IMG/VR virus record: IMGVR_UViG_3300025087_000034 | From: a virus | Lineage: Duplodnaviria; Caudoviricetes | Length of the DNA: 64,000 bases | Direction: 5' to 3' (one strand) | Program-made: the position numbers and the translations under genes | Shown here: positions 1 through 10,378 of the stretch, in pieces | Layout: each line of letters starts with the position of its first letter | Position numbering within the stretch: position 1 is the stretch's first letter | Notes under the pieces: model-generated | Told to the model about the DNA's origin: nothing | Databases searched by the model: none | What the model saw: only the letters and a program-made list of their open reading frames with translations

Positions 1-1
1 T

Positions 2-790
2 CCTAGTGCTACATTTGTAGCTGGAGAGCCCTCTCCCCCAGACTTGGTTTATGTTACAAAGGCTATTTGGTTATTGAATAACTATGCTCCTGGTGGTTCA
101 ACTACGGGAGCTATTTATAAGATAAACGCCTCTAATGGTTCTAATATTGTTCAATATACGGGTGCCCAGTATGATAATGTTAAGGGGGCCTCCTTTTACG
201 CTCAGTATAGTGTGGCTGGTTCTTATCCGAATAAGTACAATACAAGTGTAGCTAGTGGGAATCGTTATTTAATCTTGGTTAAAGATACAAATTTGCTTTT
301 TTATGACGTAGTAAATTTACAAGTTGCCAAGAGTCTTACTATGGAAGGTATAAATAAGGTAGCCGGGGGGTCGTGGGATGTTTTTGATTTGGCTGTTTCT
401 GGTTATGAACCAGATATAACTCTTTATAGGCTACAATTAGGAACGACTTATGGCAATCCCTTGGCTGATGAGGCTTGGACTACCAGTTATAGTAATGAAA
501 AGACGTTGTTACGTCGTGTTGTTAGTTCTATATCTGTTACCGTTACCCCTCCGATATTGCCCGCAGACGGGTCCTCACAGGCCCAGGTTGAAGCATCTGT
601 GCTTGATCAGTATGGCGTTGCTGTTGCAAGTAAGTCCGTTGTGTGGGCAGAGGACGGGACTACAGGAGAAATCACGGGGTCCAATCCTTCGACAACAAAT
701 GTGTTTGGAAAAGCCTATACTGTATATAGGGCTGGCACGACTGAGGCTGACGTGAAGATAACCGCTACTGTAGCTAATGGATTAGTATAG
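2..790 (+). CDS. 5'-truncated putative virion protein with C-terminal Big-1 (invasin-type Ig-like) domain
   Basis: The frame is open from base 2 (PSATFVAGEP...), so the TTG at 44 is internal. The C-terminus PILPADGSSQAQVEASVLDQYG...TTNVFGKAYTVYRAG...VKITATV matches the Big-1 pattern. Confidence 0.7.
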   Translation, partial: PSATFVAGEPSPPDLVYVTKAIWLLNNYAPGGSTTGAIYKINASNGSNIVQYTGAQYDNVKGASFYAQYSVAGSYPNKYNTSVASGNRYLILVKDTNLLFYDVVNLQVAKSLTMEGINKVAGGSWDVFDLAVSGYEPDITLYRLQLGTTYGNPLADEAWTTSYSNEKTLLRRVVSSISVTVTPPILPADGSSQAQVEASVLDQYGVAVASKSVVWAEDGTTGEITGSNPSTTNVFGKAYTVYRAGTTEADVKITATVANGLV

Positions 791-791
791 T

Positions 792-2090
792 GTGCCTAAT
801 TTTTCTGACATAACTATAAGGCAATACTCTCCGGGGTCCGTTGGTGGGTACGTGGCAGATAGAGATTTTAATTGGAGTAGCGAGGGAGACTGTAGGGATT
901 CCTTATTGGGGGTTTCCACAGAGATAGGGGTGCAATTTTATTACGCTTATCAACATCCCCGCCCAATGTTTGTTAGTTTGCCCTATTCTGTGTCTGAAGA
1001 CTGGTCTGATAGTCCGTCGAATGCCCCATTTTTATCTGATTTAGAAAGGTACTCGTATGGCAGGTTTGGGCCTAATAGGTATGGGAAGTTAGATAATTAT
1101 CGGGGGGCGAGTGTAAGACAAAATTACTTTGGTATGGCGTCAGAATCGTTAATTACTGAATTAATAACTAGTAAAGATACTGTAATATATGATATTGATA
1201 CGGGTTTAACGAATGAAACCTTAGTTTATGAAACCGAGGTTCCGTTTAATTACACAACCTTAAACCAACGTAACTTATTATTAAATGCTTCCCCAGCACC
1301 GTTTTCTTATAAGAATCCTGTTGATACGGATGTTTATATACGAATGGGTAATTATGTTTATACTCTTAGTTCAGGAACTATCACGCTTTCTTTGGACGGG
1401 GAAAGTAAAACAGGATTAGAAATAACCCCTTATTTTGGTGGGTTAGGCGGTTATGACGTTACTTGGAGTAATGACCAGGAGTTTGGGTATAATTCAAGAG
1501 TAGCGGTTCATTGGACGGTTTATGACTCTTACGTTCCACCAAATAAAATAGATTTCGATTATTGGTTTATGACCGTACAGGACTATTTAGGTCCTAGGTT
1601 TTTTTCTTTTTCTCCGCAGGATGGGGATATTGGTGTAGGTGTTGATACCTGCATTTCCTTTGTTGTTAGAGATTATGAATTAGGTATAAATATAAGTAGT
1701 CTTGAACTATATGTAAATAATGTTTTTATACCTATTAGTAGTATGAGTATAAGTGAAACAAGTTCTGGTGATGGTTATAGTATTTCTTTTTGCCCGCCGG
1801 AAGAATTTTTATATGGTGACACTATACCAGTATCAATATATGTAGAGGATAATTCAGAAGAAAAGAACTACTCTTTTTATGTGTATTCTTTTACTACAGA
1901 GGAAAGCTTGGCTCCTAATGTAATATCGCAGGATCCAAGGCCTTGTATTGGGTATGTTCCTGTTGACTATGATGTTGAGGTTGACGTAGTTGACGGAGGT
2001 GGCGGTATAGACGGTGAATCAATTGTACTAATAATAGATAGCAAGCCTGCTGTATTTAGAAAAGAGCCTATAATATATAGAGAGGATTAG
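792..2090 (+). CDS. Putative virion protein with Ig-like repeats
   Basis: 432 aa with GTG start. The C-terminal half has the pattern PQDGDIGVGVDTCISFVVRDYELGINISSLELYVNN...YSISFCP..EFLYGDTIPVSIYVED, which recurs in 7847..10360. Confidence 0.55.
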   Translation: MPNFSDITIRQYSPGSVGGYVADRDFNWSSEGDCRDSLLGVSTEIGVQFYYAYQHPRPMFVSLPYSVSEDWSDSPSNAPFLSDLERYSYGRFGPNRYGKLDNYRGASVRQNYFGMASESLITELITSKDTVIYDIDTGLTNETLVYETEVPFNYTTLNQRNLLLNASPAPFSYKNPVDTDVYIRMGNYVYTLSSGTITLSLDGESKTGLEITPYFGGLGGYDVTWSNDQEFGYNSRVAVHWTVYDSYVPPNKIDFDYWFMTVQDYLGPRFFSFSPQDGDIGVGVDTCISFVVRDYELGINISSLELYVNNVFIPISSMSISETSSGDGYSISFCPPEEFLYGDTIPVSIYVEDNSEEKNYSFYVYSFTTEESLAPNVISQDPRPCIGYVPVDYDVEVDVVDGGGGIDGESIVLIIDSKPAVFRKEPIIYRED

Positions 2091-2094
2091 TTGA

Positions 2095-5000
2095 ATGCCT
2101 AATACAGTACCTGGAAAACTTACTAAGCAAGGACCCATAGCAACACTAGAGGGTACAGTGGGTTTTACCGATGGTGACAAATTTATGTTTAACGGCAGCC
2201 AGTTTGTGCATTTTGTTTCTCAGGCTCCTACTGCTATAGAGGCTTCTGCTAATAAAGTACAAATACTTTATGATGGTCAGGTATATTCTAAGTTGTCATA
2301 TTCTAATTTTAAAAACAGCTCAAATGTTTTTAGGTTTTTAGATGGTGAGCCTATGTATACAGGAGTTTATATTGGTACTCCTGGTGCTTATGACCATGTT
2401 ATTATAGGGTATTCTTCTCCTATCACAACCAATCAAATTAGGTTTTGGTCTGCGAACTATATACCGAAGGATTTTATACGTGTAGATTATAGCCATGACG
2501 GGGATTATTTTTTTAATGTTCCAACAAGTGTGGGTGATGTTTCCTTTGAATTTGATGACTCTATAAGACTTTATTCTACAGAGGCTTCTCCTAGGGGCCA
2601 GTATGTTTATACTGTAGAGTTGAACGCAGATTACACAGCTAGTTATTGGCGTATTAGGTCTTTTATATTCGCTACCAATACAGCTAGGGTAGCAGACGTA
2701 AATGGTAAGACGGTTACACTGACCACGGTGTCAGGGCTCCCTGCTAGTTCTGATTTATATGAAGACGGTGGTTTATATTATTATGTTGGTAGTATAGGGA
2801 CTTCTTTGCAGACTAAAACTTTCCGGTCTTCTTCTTTACCGCCGATTAGTGGAGATGATAGGTTTATTACTTATAGTGCTACAAATATTACGTTGGATCC
2901 CAATTGTACTACTTTAACATTGAATAATGTTAGACTGGACAATTGTGTGGGAACTATTCGCAGAGGTTCTACCATTAAGGGCACGTGTTCTTTGATGTCT
3001 TTTCCTACTGAATATTACATAGCTGAATTAGCAGAGGATGTGGTTGTTTCTTCTAATCCAGATTATGTGGATCTTGTTTTTGATATCACCTATTCTTCTG
3101 TCCCTGGTTATGTTGTTGGGTGTCCAAATGTTCGCCTTAAATCTATAATAGGTAATTCTGGCAATATAGGATTTACGTTCTCTTACAGTGCTGAGTTGGG
3201 GTTGGTTTTATCTTATAAACCTATGTCTTCTGTCTTGTATGGTTCTTTAGGTGCTTCTTCTTTAGTGGGAATGAACATAGGGAGTTTTGGTGCTTCTGAT
3301 GATCTTGAAGCAGGAAGTTCCTTTGTTTATAGTTATGATTGTGAACTGACCCAGGTTCAGATAGTAAGTGGAGACAATAGCCAGCTTAGGTACTGGGAGT
3401 CTGATGGAAGTAAGTCAGTTACAAATTTATTGGAAGTAGATAATGTTTATGATCTTTCCTACGATGTTTCTGATGAGGTTTATTATGCTATAAGATTTAA
3501 TGCCTTAGGTGGGTTTGGTAGTCCTAGTTTGACCGATGATTTTTCTGGAAATTTTGGTAGCTCTTTTGATGCTTCTAAATGGGGGGAGCTTGGGACCGGT
3601 TTCTATAGGGACCCTGTAGCGGGGTGTGCCGTTTTTAATACTTCTTCTGGGGTTGTTAGTGCGGGGGGTCTTATAAGCACGGCTTATATAACGGGTAATT
3701 TTGATGCTTCTTTATATAACGAAGTAGCGACCTTGTCGGGTTCCGGTTTTTATGGTTTTTCGTTAATAGATAAAGATAGTAATAATATGTATGGCGGTGT
3801 ATTTTTAGCTAGTAATTGGGGGGCAGGGTTCAGTGGGTCTGTTGTCGGTGTGGGTGTTAGTGCGTTAGTAAACGTTGTTAGTTCCTATGTTAATTTTAGT
3901 AGTCTTAGCATTGATCCCTATGTGTTAGTAGAAGGAGACCATAAACATACTTTAGAGTATAGCTCTTCCTTGTGGTATTATACTAGGGAAAGCTTAACTC
4001 CGTCAGGTGTTTTATGGGATGTTTCTGATGTTAATGTTGGCTCTGGTCCAGGTGTGTTGTTGGACGGCATGAGCGTGTCCTTGGAAACGTCAGCTATGCC
4101 TCCGGATGGTAGCCACATTAGTTTTATTACGCATAAGAGCACGGCCTCTGGGTTGAGTAGTTCTACGGTTATGTTGTCTAGTAGCTATGACAGTCTATTG
4201 GGGCAGATTATTTTTAGTTTTGATGATGGGTTCGTAAGCTCTGTTCTGGTTTCAGAGATATACGGGAAGAATTTTAAAATAGGTATTTTTGGAAGTAATA
4301 GCAACTTTACTACTGTTAGTTCTACTCTATTTGAGTCTTCTGGGAGTGTTATATGGACCATACCTTGTTTTGAGGTTGTTGCTATTAATGCTGAGGGTAG
4401 TGTTACAGATGTTCCTGATGTTACTTCTGGGCGAGGTTTAGCAATATCTGCCTTGGATCTTGTGCAAGACCCTGTGGCCTCTTTTGGTGACTATTATAAT
4501 AAGGTGTCCATAGCAACAAACGGCTTAAGAAAAGACTCTGGTGGGGCATTGTTTCTAAGGATTAATTCAGATATTTATAGGTATGAGAAATCAGATCTCC
4601 CAATAATATTACCAGAGGAAGGGTCTACAGCTTCTGTTGTTGTCTCTGGTACTTTGCCATCTATCGAACTACGACATTTTAGTTATGACGACTATGTTAA
4701 TGGTGGTCTTAGTTATGGGTATGAGGATAGTCGTGGTGTTTTTATCACGACTGTTTCTTCCTCGTCTTTATTGGAAACTGGGTATGAGGCGGAGTTAGAT
4801 TTATTGGCCTGCTCTGTTCCTTTAGCTAGGGATCCTGTAGACTATTCTGTCTTATATACACTGGTAGGGAATAGTGTATATGTATTTAATTCAGATGATA
4901 CGTCTGTTGCTTTTTGTAATGTGATATCTAGTGAACCTGTGTTGCCGGCCAATTCAAACTATAGCTCGCTTATTACAGCGCAGGTTACAAACTTGTATGG

Positions 5001-5172
5001 AGATCCTTTGGCTAATAAAACAGTTAATTTTTCTATAACTTCTGGGGCTGGCTCATTAAATACGGCCTCTTCTTGTACAACGAGTAGTGGTGTTGCTACC
5101 ACCGTGTTTGTAGCTGGGCCCGTTGAGGGTACCTCTGTTGTTACGGCTACAGCAACAAATACTGCTTGTTAA
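2095..5172 (+). CDS. Putative virion/tail protein, 1025 aa, C-terminal Big-1 domain; paralog of 5184..7838
   Basis: Big-1 at the C-terminus (ITAQVTNLYGDPLANKTVNFSITSGAGSL...TTSSGVATT). Shares FNGSQ, YSxDGDxFF, WxxDGSK and AFCNVxSSE blocks with the next ORF. Confidence 0.65.
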   Translation: MPNTVPGKLTKQGPIATLEGTVGFTDGDKFMFNGSQFVHFVSQAPTAIEASANKVQILYDGQVYSKLSYSNFKNSSNVFRFLDGEPMYTGVYIGTPGAYDHVIIGYSSPITTNQIRFWSANYIPKDFIRVDYSHDGDYFFNVPTSVGDVSFEFDDSIRLYSTEASPRGQYVYTVELNADYTASYWRIRSFIFATNTARVADVNGKTVTLTTVSGLPASSDLYEDGGLYYYVGSIGTSLQTKTFRSSSLPPISGDDRFITYSATNITLDPNCTTLTLNNVRLDNCVGTIRRGSTIKGTCSLMSFPTEYYIAELAEDVVVSSNPDYVDLVFDITYSSVPGYVVGCPNVRLKSIIGNSGNIGFTFSYSAELGLVLSYKPMSSVLYGSLGASSLVGMNIGSFGASDDLEAGSSFVYSYDCELTQVQIVSGDNSQLRYWESDGSKSVTNLLEVDNVYDLSYDVSDEVYYAIRFNALGGFGSPSLTDDFSGNFGSSFDASKWGELGTGFYRDPVAGCAVFNTSSGVVSAGGLISTAYITGNFDASLYNEVATLSGSGFYGFSLIDKDSNNMYGGVFLASNWGAGFSGSVVGVGVSALVNVVSSYVNFSSLSIDPYVLVEGDHKHTLEYSSSLWYYTRESLTPSGVLWDVSDVNVGSGPGVLLDGMSVSLETSAMPPDGSHISFITHKSTASGLSSSTVMLSSSYDSLLGQIIFSFDDGFVSSVLVSEIYGKNFKIGIFGSNSNFTTVSSTLFESSGSVIWTIPCFEVVAINAEGSVTDVPDVTSGRGLAISALDLVQDPVASFGDYYNKVSIATNGLRKDSGGALFLRINSDIYRYEKSDLPIILPEEGSTASVVVSGTLPSIELRHFSYDDYVNGGLSYGYEDSRGVFITTVSSSSLLETGYEAELDLLACSVPLARDPVDYSVLYTLVGNSVYVFNSDDTSVAFCNVISSEPVLPANSNYSSLITAQVTNLYGDPLANKTVNFSITSGAGSLNTASSCTTSSGVATTVFVAGPVEGTSVVTATATNTAC

Positions 5173-5183
5173 GGGTGTAATAT

Positions 5184-7838
5184 ATGGTTACAGTTCAGCC
5201 TGGTAAAGTACCTACGTATACTTCTAGCCCCAATGTACAATTAGAGGACTATGAAGACTCTGATCGTACTAGGTTTGTTTTTAATGGGAGTCAGTATGTT
5301 AAAGCTTCCTTAGTTTCTTCTAAGCCGTCTTTTGCTTATGTTGGGTATAACAATTCTTCTTCATATGTAATGTTTTATACAGAATATAAGGATTCTTCTG
5401 GTAAGTATGCTCTTGTTAATGGCGAATACTATATACCCGAAGCTACGGGGCTACCTTCGTCTAGCTACTCTAATGTTATTTTAGTAGGATTTCCCACACA
5501 AATAAGTACGTCTGAAATAACTCTGTGGGGTATTTCTATGTTGGGTTTTTATGAGAATTTAACAGTTTCATATAGTTATGATGGGGACTTCTTTTTCGAT
5601 ATCGCTGGGTCCTCTGTTGTTTTTGGGTACGATGCTGATAAACAGCGCAGAGTGGATGAGTCTCCCCCCACAGGACTTTACTATTTTACAATTACGTTGG
5701 GGGCTACCTATACTGCTAGGTATTTTAGAGTACAGGCGTATAAAAAGACGCTGCTAACTCAGACAGTTCCGATTGGTGGGGCTGCTTCTCTTTTGGTAAA
5801 TTCTACGGCAGGGTTTCCTACGACATGCCTTTCTGGAGGGGCAGTGTTTGTTGAAAGTGTTTCTGGAGATAATTACTATATTACATATACTGGTAAAACT
5901 GCTACAAGTTTTACTGGTGTTTCTTATGTAACCTCGCCATTATATGAGAGTACTGCTTCTGTGCACGGTGTTATATTTAAGGGAGACTTTGCCCATTTTT
6001 TAACAGAGACTGTGGTTGTTGGTTCTGCTGAACCGACATTAGAGTTTTGGGATACAGATGGTAGTAAAGCCACCACTAAAGTCCTAGATAAGATTGACTA
6101 TTATGATATAGCCCATGATAGGGGGTATGATACGTATGTTTCCATAAGGTATAATGAGTCTTTGGATGGGTCTGGTGGGGTAGGTTTTTCACCTAGCGAT
6201 GATTTTGATTATGCAACAGCGGCGTTAAATACTACTAGGTGGGCGGTTGGTACTGGTGAGCCAAATTTTCAGGTCAATACTTCTTCTGGTACTTTGGACT
6301 ATCTTGTTCCTAATGATGAAGGTCGTATTATAACTAATTATTATTTATCCGGAGATTTTACAAGCTCCATAGACATAGGGTTTAATAACATAACCTCTAG
6401 CTTGGCTAGGTTAGAATTAAGAGCTGTGGATGATGATACAAATAATGTATTTGTACAAATGGGTGTCAGGGGATCTTGGTTATACGGGGGAGCAAAGGAT
6501 GGTGTATGGGAAGCTTTGCAGGTTAGAAAAACGATTGATACCACAGGTGGAGATGCGAAAATTAGAAATCTCAGAATAACTACTAGTGGTATGTCTTTTT
6601 CTGAGAAGTTTACTTTTGTTTATGACGCTGTTAATGAGGAGTGGGGTGTAAGTTCTGATGTTAGGGGTGACTTGTTATCATTATTACCGGGCAGTGATTA
6701 TTTAGACGGCCCCTTGGCTATGAGTATAGCCCATTCCGACGATCCTGCAAATGGTGCACAGCTGGTTTTAGATGTAAATTTGCAACAAAATGCCCTTCCG
6801 TATTCTTCATGGCCTTGGGATTGGAGAATAAGTATAGACAGGGCCTCTAGTAGTATTATATGCAAGTATGATAGTGGCTCTGGTTTTGTTAATTGGGTTA
6901 CTTATACCGATAGTGATCTACTAGATTTAAATCTTGAGTTGTACGCAGACGGTGCTTCACAGCCAATAGATGCTGTTTTTGATAACTTAGTTGTAACAGG
7001 GACAGACTTGTTTAGTGGTATTCCAGTTTTTTCTATAGAGACCGTGAATTCAAACGGGGTGACGACGCAGGTAGCTGGCCTATCTGATATGGATGGTTAT
7101 GTAGTTAAGAGGTTCGATGTTATAAATGATGTTCTTGAATATAATTCCTATATAGGAAATAGAGTACAGATAGCCACAGATAGTTTAACGGCTGTTCAGG
7201 GAGGGAGTTTATATATAAAGATCGGTAAGAACATATATAAGTATTCAAAGTCTTTGTTACCTTTAGACCTTGAAGACGGGTCTTTAGCTACTAAATACAT
7301 GGAAAACGTGGTTCCCGAGACTTCTGCCGTAGCCTTTTCTTACTCTTCTTATACAAATGGTGCTTTAGCCTATGTAGAGTATGATAGTGAAAGAGAGGGC
7401 ACGTATATAAAAACAGTCGGTACAACTACATGCAGTGGAACTTCCTATGAAGCATTATTAGATGTGGCTTCTTCGGATTTTCCTTGGGCGTGGGACCAAA
7501 ATAACTATACAACACTCTATTATGTTGATGCTTCTGACAATATTAAGTTTTATGACATGGATGCTAGGGATGTAGCTTTTTGTAACGTCGTTTCTTCAGA
7601 AAAAATAATGTCTGCAGGTACGGGCTCGTTATCTTCTATAAATGCTACTGTCTTGAACGTGTATGGGGAACCTTTACAGTCTAAAACAGTTACGTTTAGT
7701 GTGTCAGCTGGTGATGGAGCTGTTCCTTCTAGTACGTTCTGTACTAATGCTTCTGGTATTGCTAGTACTATCTACACTGTAGGTAACACTGTTGGTATAG
7801 TTACAATAACAGCAACAGCCTCTGATGTATCTTGTTAG
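5184..7838 (+). CDS. Putative virion/tail protein, 884 aa, C-terminal Big-1 domain; paralog of 2095..5172
   Basis: C-terminus INATVLNVYGEPLQSKTVTFSVSAGDG...TNASGIASTIYTVG is Big-1-like. Motifs are colinear with the preceding ORF. Confidence 0.65.
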   Translation: MVTVQPGKVPTYTSSPNVQLEDYEDSDRTRFVFNGSQYVKASLVSSKPSFAYVGYNNSSSYVMFYTEYKDSSGKYALVNGEYYIPEATGLPSSSYSNVILVGFPTQISTSEITLWGISMLGFYENLTVSYSYDGDFFFDIAGSSVVFGYDADKQRRVDESPPTGLYYFTITLGATYTARYFRVQAYKKTLLTQTVPIGGAASLLVNSTAGFPTTCLSGGAVFVESVSGDNYYITYTGKTATSFTGVSYVTSPLYESTASVHGVIFKGDFAHFLTETVVVGSAEPTLEFWDTDGSKATTKVLDKIDYYDIAHDRGYDTYVSIRYNESLDGSGGVGFSPSDDFDYATAALNTTRWAVGTGEPNFQVNTSSGTLDYLVPNDEGRIITNYYLSGDFTSSIDIGFNNITSSLARLELRAVDDDTNNVFVQMGVRGSWLYGGAKDGVWEALQVRKTIDTTGGDAKIRNLRITTSGMSFSEKFTFVYDAVNEEWGVSSDVRGDLLSLLPGSDYLDGPLAMSIAHSDDPANGAQLVLDVNLQQNALPYSSWPWDWRISIDRASSSIICKYDSGSGFVNWVTYTDSDLLDLNLELYADGASQPIDAVFDNLVVTGTDLFSGIPVFSIETVNSNGVTTQVAGLSDMDGYVVKRFDVINDVLEYNSYIGNRVQIATDSLTAVQGGSLYIKIGKNIYKYSKSLLPLDLEDGSLATKYMENVVPETSAVAFSYSSYTNGALAYVEYDSEREGTYIKTVGTTTCSGTSYEALLDVASSDFPWAWDQNNYTTLYYVDASDNIKFYDMDARDVAFCNVVSSEKIMSAGTGSLSSINATVLNVYGEPLQSKTVTFSVSAGDGAVPSSTFCTNASGIASTIYTVGNTVGIVTITATASDVSC

Positions 7839-7846
7839 GAGTTTAA

Positions 7847-10360
7847 ATGCGCTGGAAAGAGGGTGGAATAAACTATGCCTCTGGTAGTTTTAGTATTCCC
7901 GGGAGTAGCGTTCGGGTGTGTGCCTATGATAATGGCACACAGGTGTGTGATAAAGGACACAAAATAACAACACCAGGACAGTGTTATTCTCAAAGCATAG
8001 GAACTATAATAAGTACAGACCCTACGTTTCAGCCTACTTACCCTATATGTTTGGTAGATTATATGGGTCTTATTAATAGTTCGGGTTTTATATTTAATAG
8101 ACAGTATGGTATTTCTAGCACTTTTAATATAAGTACTTTAGATGTTGTTTTGTCTGCCTATAGCTTGGTGTTGTCTTCATTATATACAGAGAAAGAAGAG
8201 TATTTAGTTGTAAAAAGTATATATAAGTTGTTTGATTCTTTAGGTATTAGGGTTTGGTCAGATAGTATAACAGACAGTTATTCAGCCTATTTATCTGATT
8301 ATTATATGGTTGGTACTTTTAAGCTTTTATTGTTGAATAGTGGCTACATTCTCAGAGCTATAAATGCCTTTTCTGAGTTGTACCAGTATGATGTGTATGG
8401 TAGTGTTTCCTTACTTATGCCCTATTATTTTTTCCCTAAGATTACTAGGCAGGTAAATTTAGTAGTAATAGATGATATTACTGGTAGTTTTTCTGAGGTT
8501 GAGTCTTTATTTAAGTTGAGTGTAGAAAATTCTTCCGGCGGGGAAAATGAAAATCCTACAGATATATGTGTAGGAGACTTAACAAAACCATCTCTAGAAA
8601 ACATTCTACCTATACCAGGTTCTGTACTAAGACCAAATACTTCCTCTATATCATTTACTATAATAGATGCTATAGGGGGTGTTGATAGGTCTTCATTATA
8701 CATAACTATAAGTGGAAGTATAACAGCCCAAGCAGGTGGTAGTTCTATTATTGAGGCGGGTGTTATTCAAACTCCCCTGTATGCTTTTTTGGACGGGGAT
8801 GAGAATAGTTATGAATTTACCTATAACCCACCCTTTTTGTGGGCTGATAATGAAACAGTTTCTATAGCAGCTCATGGTTCTGATAAACTGCCTTTAGACG
8901 CAGAAGATGAAGAATTTATATGTGGTGGTCTTTCTACGAATAGCTTTGATGAGGCTTGGTCTTTTAATGTTGCTGGTATAAAGGAACTTACTTGTTCTAT
9001 AGTTGGGTTGGCGGATTCAGAACCTCCGTACATTGATTCTATATATCCTGTTCCTTTTTATGCTTATGCAAGATATGACGATGATATAACTTTTAACATA
9101 AAAGATGACCATGCCGGAGTTGATTTAAGTACTCTTTATGTCTATATAAATAATATTCCTGTTATTAGTGCTGGTGTGATTAATTCTGGTAATGTTTTTT
9201 TGGCCGGCGAAAAAAATTCATATCAATTTACATGGTCTAATACAGTAGGATTTATATATGGTGATAGAGTAGAAGTACATATAGTAGTTTCAGACTTATA
9301 TGCTGTTTTACCAAATATGTTAGACACAACTTATTATTTTGATGTAGTTGATGATTCTTCTCTGCAGTTCTTAAATTTTTTGCCGGCGGTAGGAATAACA
9401 CCTGACCTAGAAAATGTAAATATTGAAATAGATATTATAGATTCTCTTTACAATATTGATCAAAACAACTTATATATAAGTATGAACCAAGAAGTTGTAG
9501 ATAGTACCAAGACAAATATACAAGGTAATAGAAATTTAACTACTACATATTCTGGTTTAACAGCAATATCAGGTACTTGGATACATGATGCAGAAGTACT
9601 AGGCAGTATAATTACAAATACAACAGTTTCTGGTTCTTATATTATAGGAGGTAGTATAGAATATGGAAGTTCCATTTCTGGTTTTATGGGCTCTTTTCCT
9701 GCTCCTTTCGACTTAACTCCTTCCGGTATGATTATTTCCGCTGATTTATATGAAGGAATTGTAGTTTCGGGGACACTGGAAACTGTTCTTGTTAGTGGCA
9801 CTAACTGGGATGGCAAATATGAGAATTCAACTATTACTGATGTTAGTTTATCTGGGTTTTATTGTAGCAGCGTTTCTTCTTATAATACGATAATAAGTGG
9901 TACTATTGGCTACCATTTAGAGTATCACCCAGTAAATGACTTTGCTTATGATAGACCAATAGATATACTTATACATGCAGAAAATTTAAATTCCATTTCA
10001 CCGGTTGTTCGTGAAAGGATTTATAGGTTGTTTTATGGTTATAATGTAAAGACATTTAATACTAAGTTCAATAATAATGATAGAATAGTTGTTTATCTAG
10101 AAGCTTTAAATACATCAAATTTTTCGGCGGCGCTAAAAAATTCATATTACTTCAACACGAAAGAAAAAAGTATTTCTAATATATATGCTTCTATAAATAT
10201 AGTAGAACCATGGTTAAATATAACAGCCGATATACAACCACAAGCACCCGTACACAGGTACGGAGAAACAATAACTGTAGTACTATACGCACAAGACGTA
10301 CAAGGTAATGTATTGGGGCCGTATACCTTTTCATATACGATAGAAGATGCCCCAGAATAA
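7847..10360 (+). CDS. Putative virion protein with three Ig-like repeats
   Basis: 837 aa. Repeated units ISFTIIDAIGGVDRSSLYITI, ITFNIKDDHAGVDLSTLYVYIN and IEIDIIDSLYNIDQNNLYISMN. Confidence 0.55.
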   Translation: MRWKEGGINYASGSFSIPGSSVRVCAYDNGTQVCDKGHKITTPGQCYSQSIGTIISTDPTFQPTYPICLVDYMGLINSSGFIFNRQYGISSTFNISTLDVVLSAYSLVLSSLYTEKEEYLVVKSIYKLFDSLGIRVWSDSITDSYSAYLSDYYMVGTFKLLLLNSGYILRAINAFSELYQYDVYGSVSLLMPYYFFPKITRQVNLVVIDDITGSFSEVESLFKLSVENSSGGENENPTDICVGDLTKPSLENILPIPGSVLRPNTSSISFTIIDAIGGVDRSSLYITISGSITAQAGGSSIIEAGVIQTPLYAFLDGDENSYEFTYNPPFLWADNETVSIAAHGSDKLPLDAEDEEFICGGLSTNSFDEAWSFNVAGIKELTCSIVGLADSEPPYIDSIYPVPFYAYARYDDDITFNIKDDHAGVDLSTLYVYINNIPVISAGVINSGNVFLAGEKNSYQFTWSNTVGFIYGDRVEVHIVVSDLYAVLPNMLDTTYYFDVVDDSSLQFLNFLPAVGITPDLENVNIEIDIIDSLYNIDQNNLYISMNQEVVDSTKTNIQGNRNLTTTYSGLTAISGTWIHDAEVLGSIITNTTVSGSYIIGGSIEYGSSISGFMGSFPAPFDLTPSGMIISADLYEGIVVSGTLETVLVSGTNWDGKYENSTITDVSLSGFYCSSVSSYNTIISGTIGYHLEYHPVNDFAYDRPIDILIHAENLNSISPVVRERIYRLFYGYNVKTFNTKFNNNDRIVVYLEALNTSNFSAALKNSYYFNTKEKSISNIYASINIVEPWLNITADIQPQAPVHRYGETITVVLYAQDVQGNVLGPYTFSYTIEDAPE

Positions 10361-10378
10361 TAAGAGGAGGATGAATAT

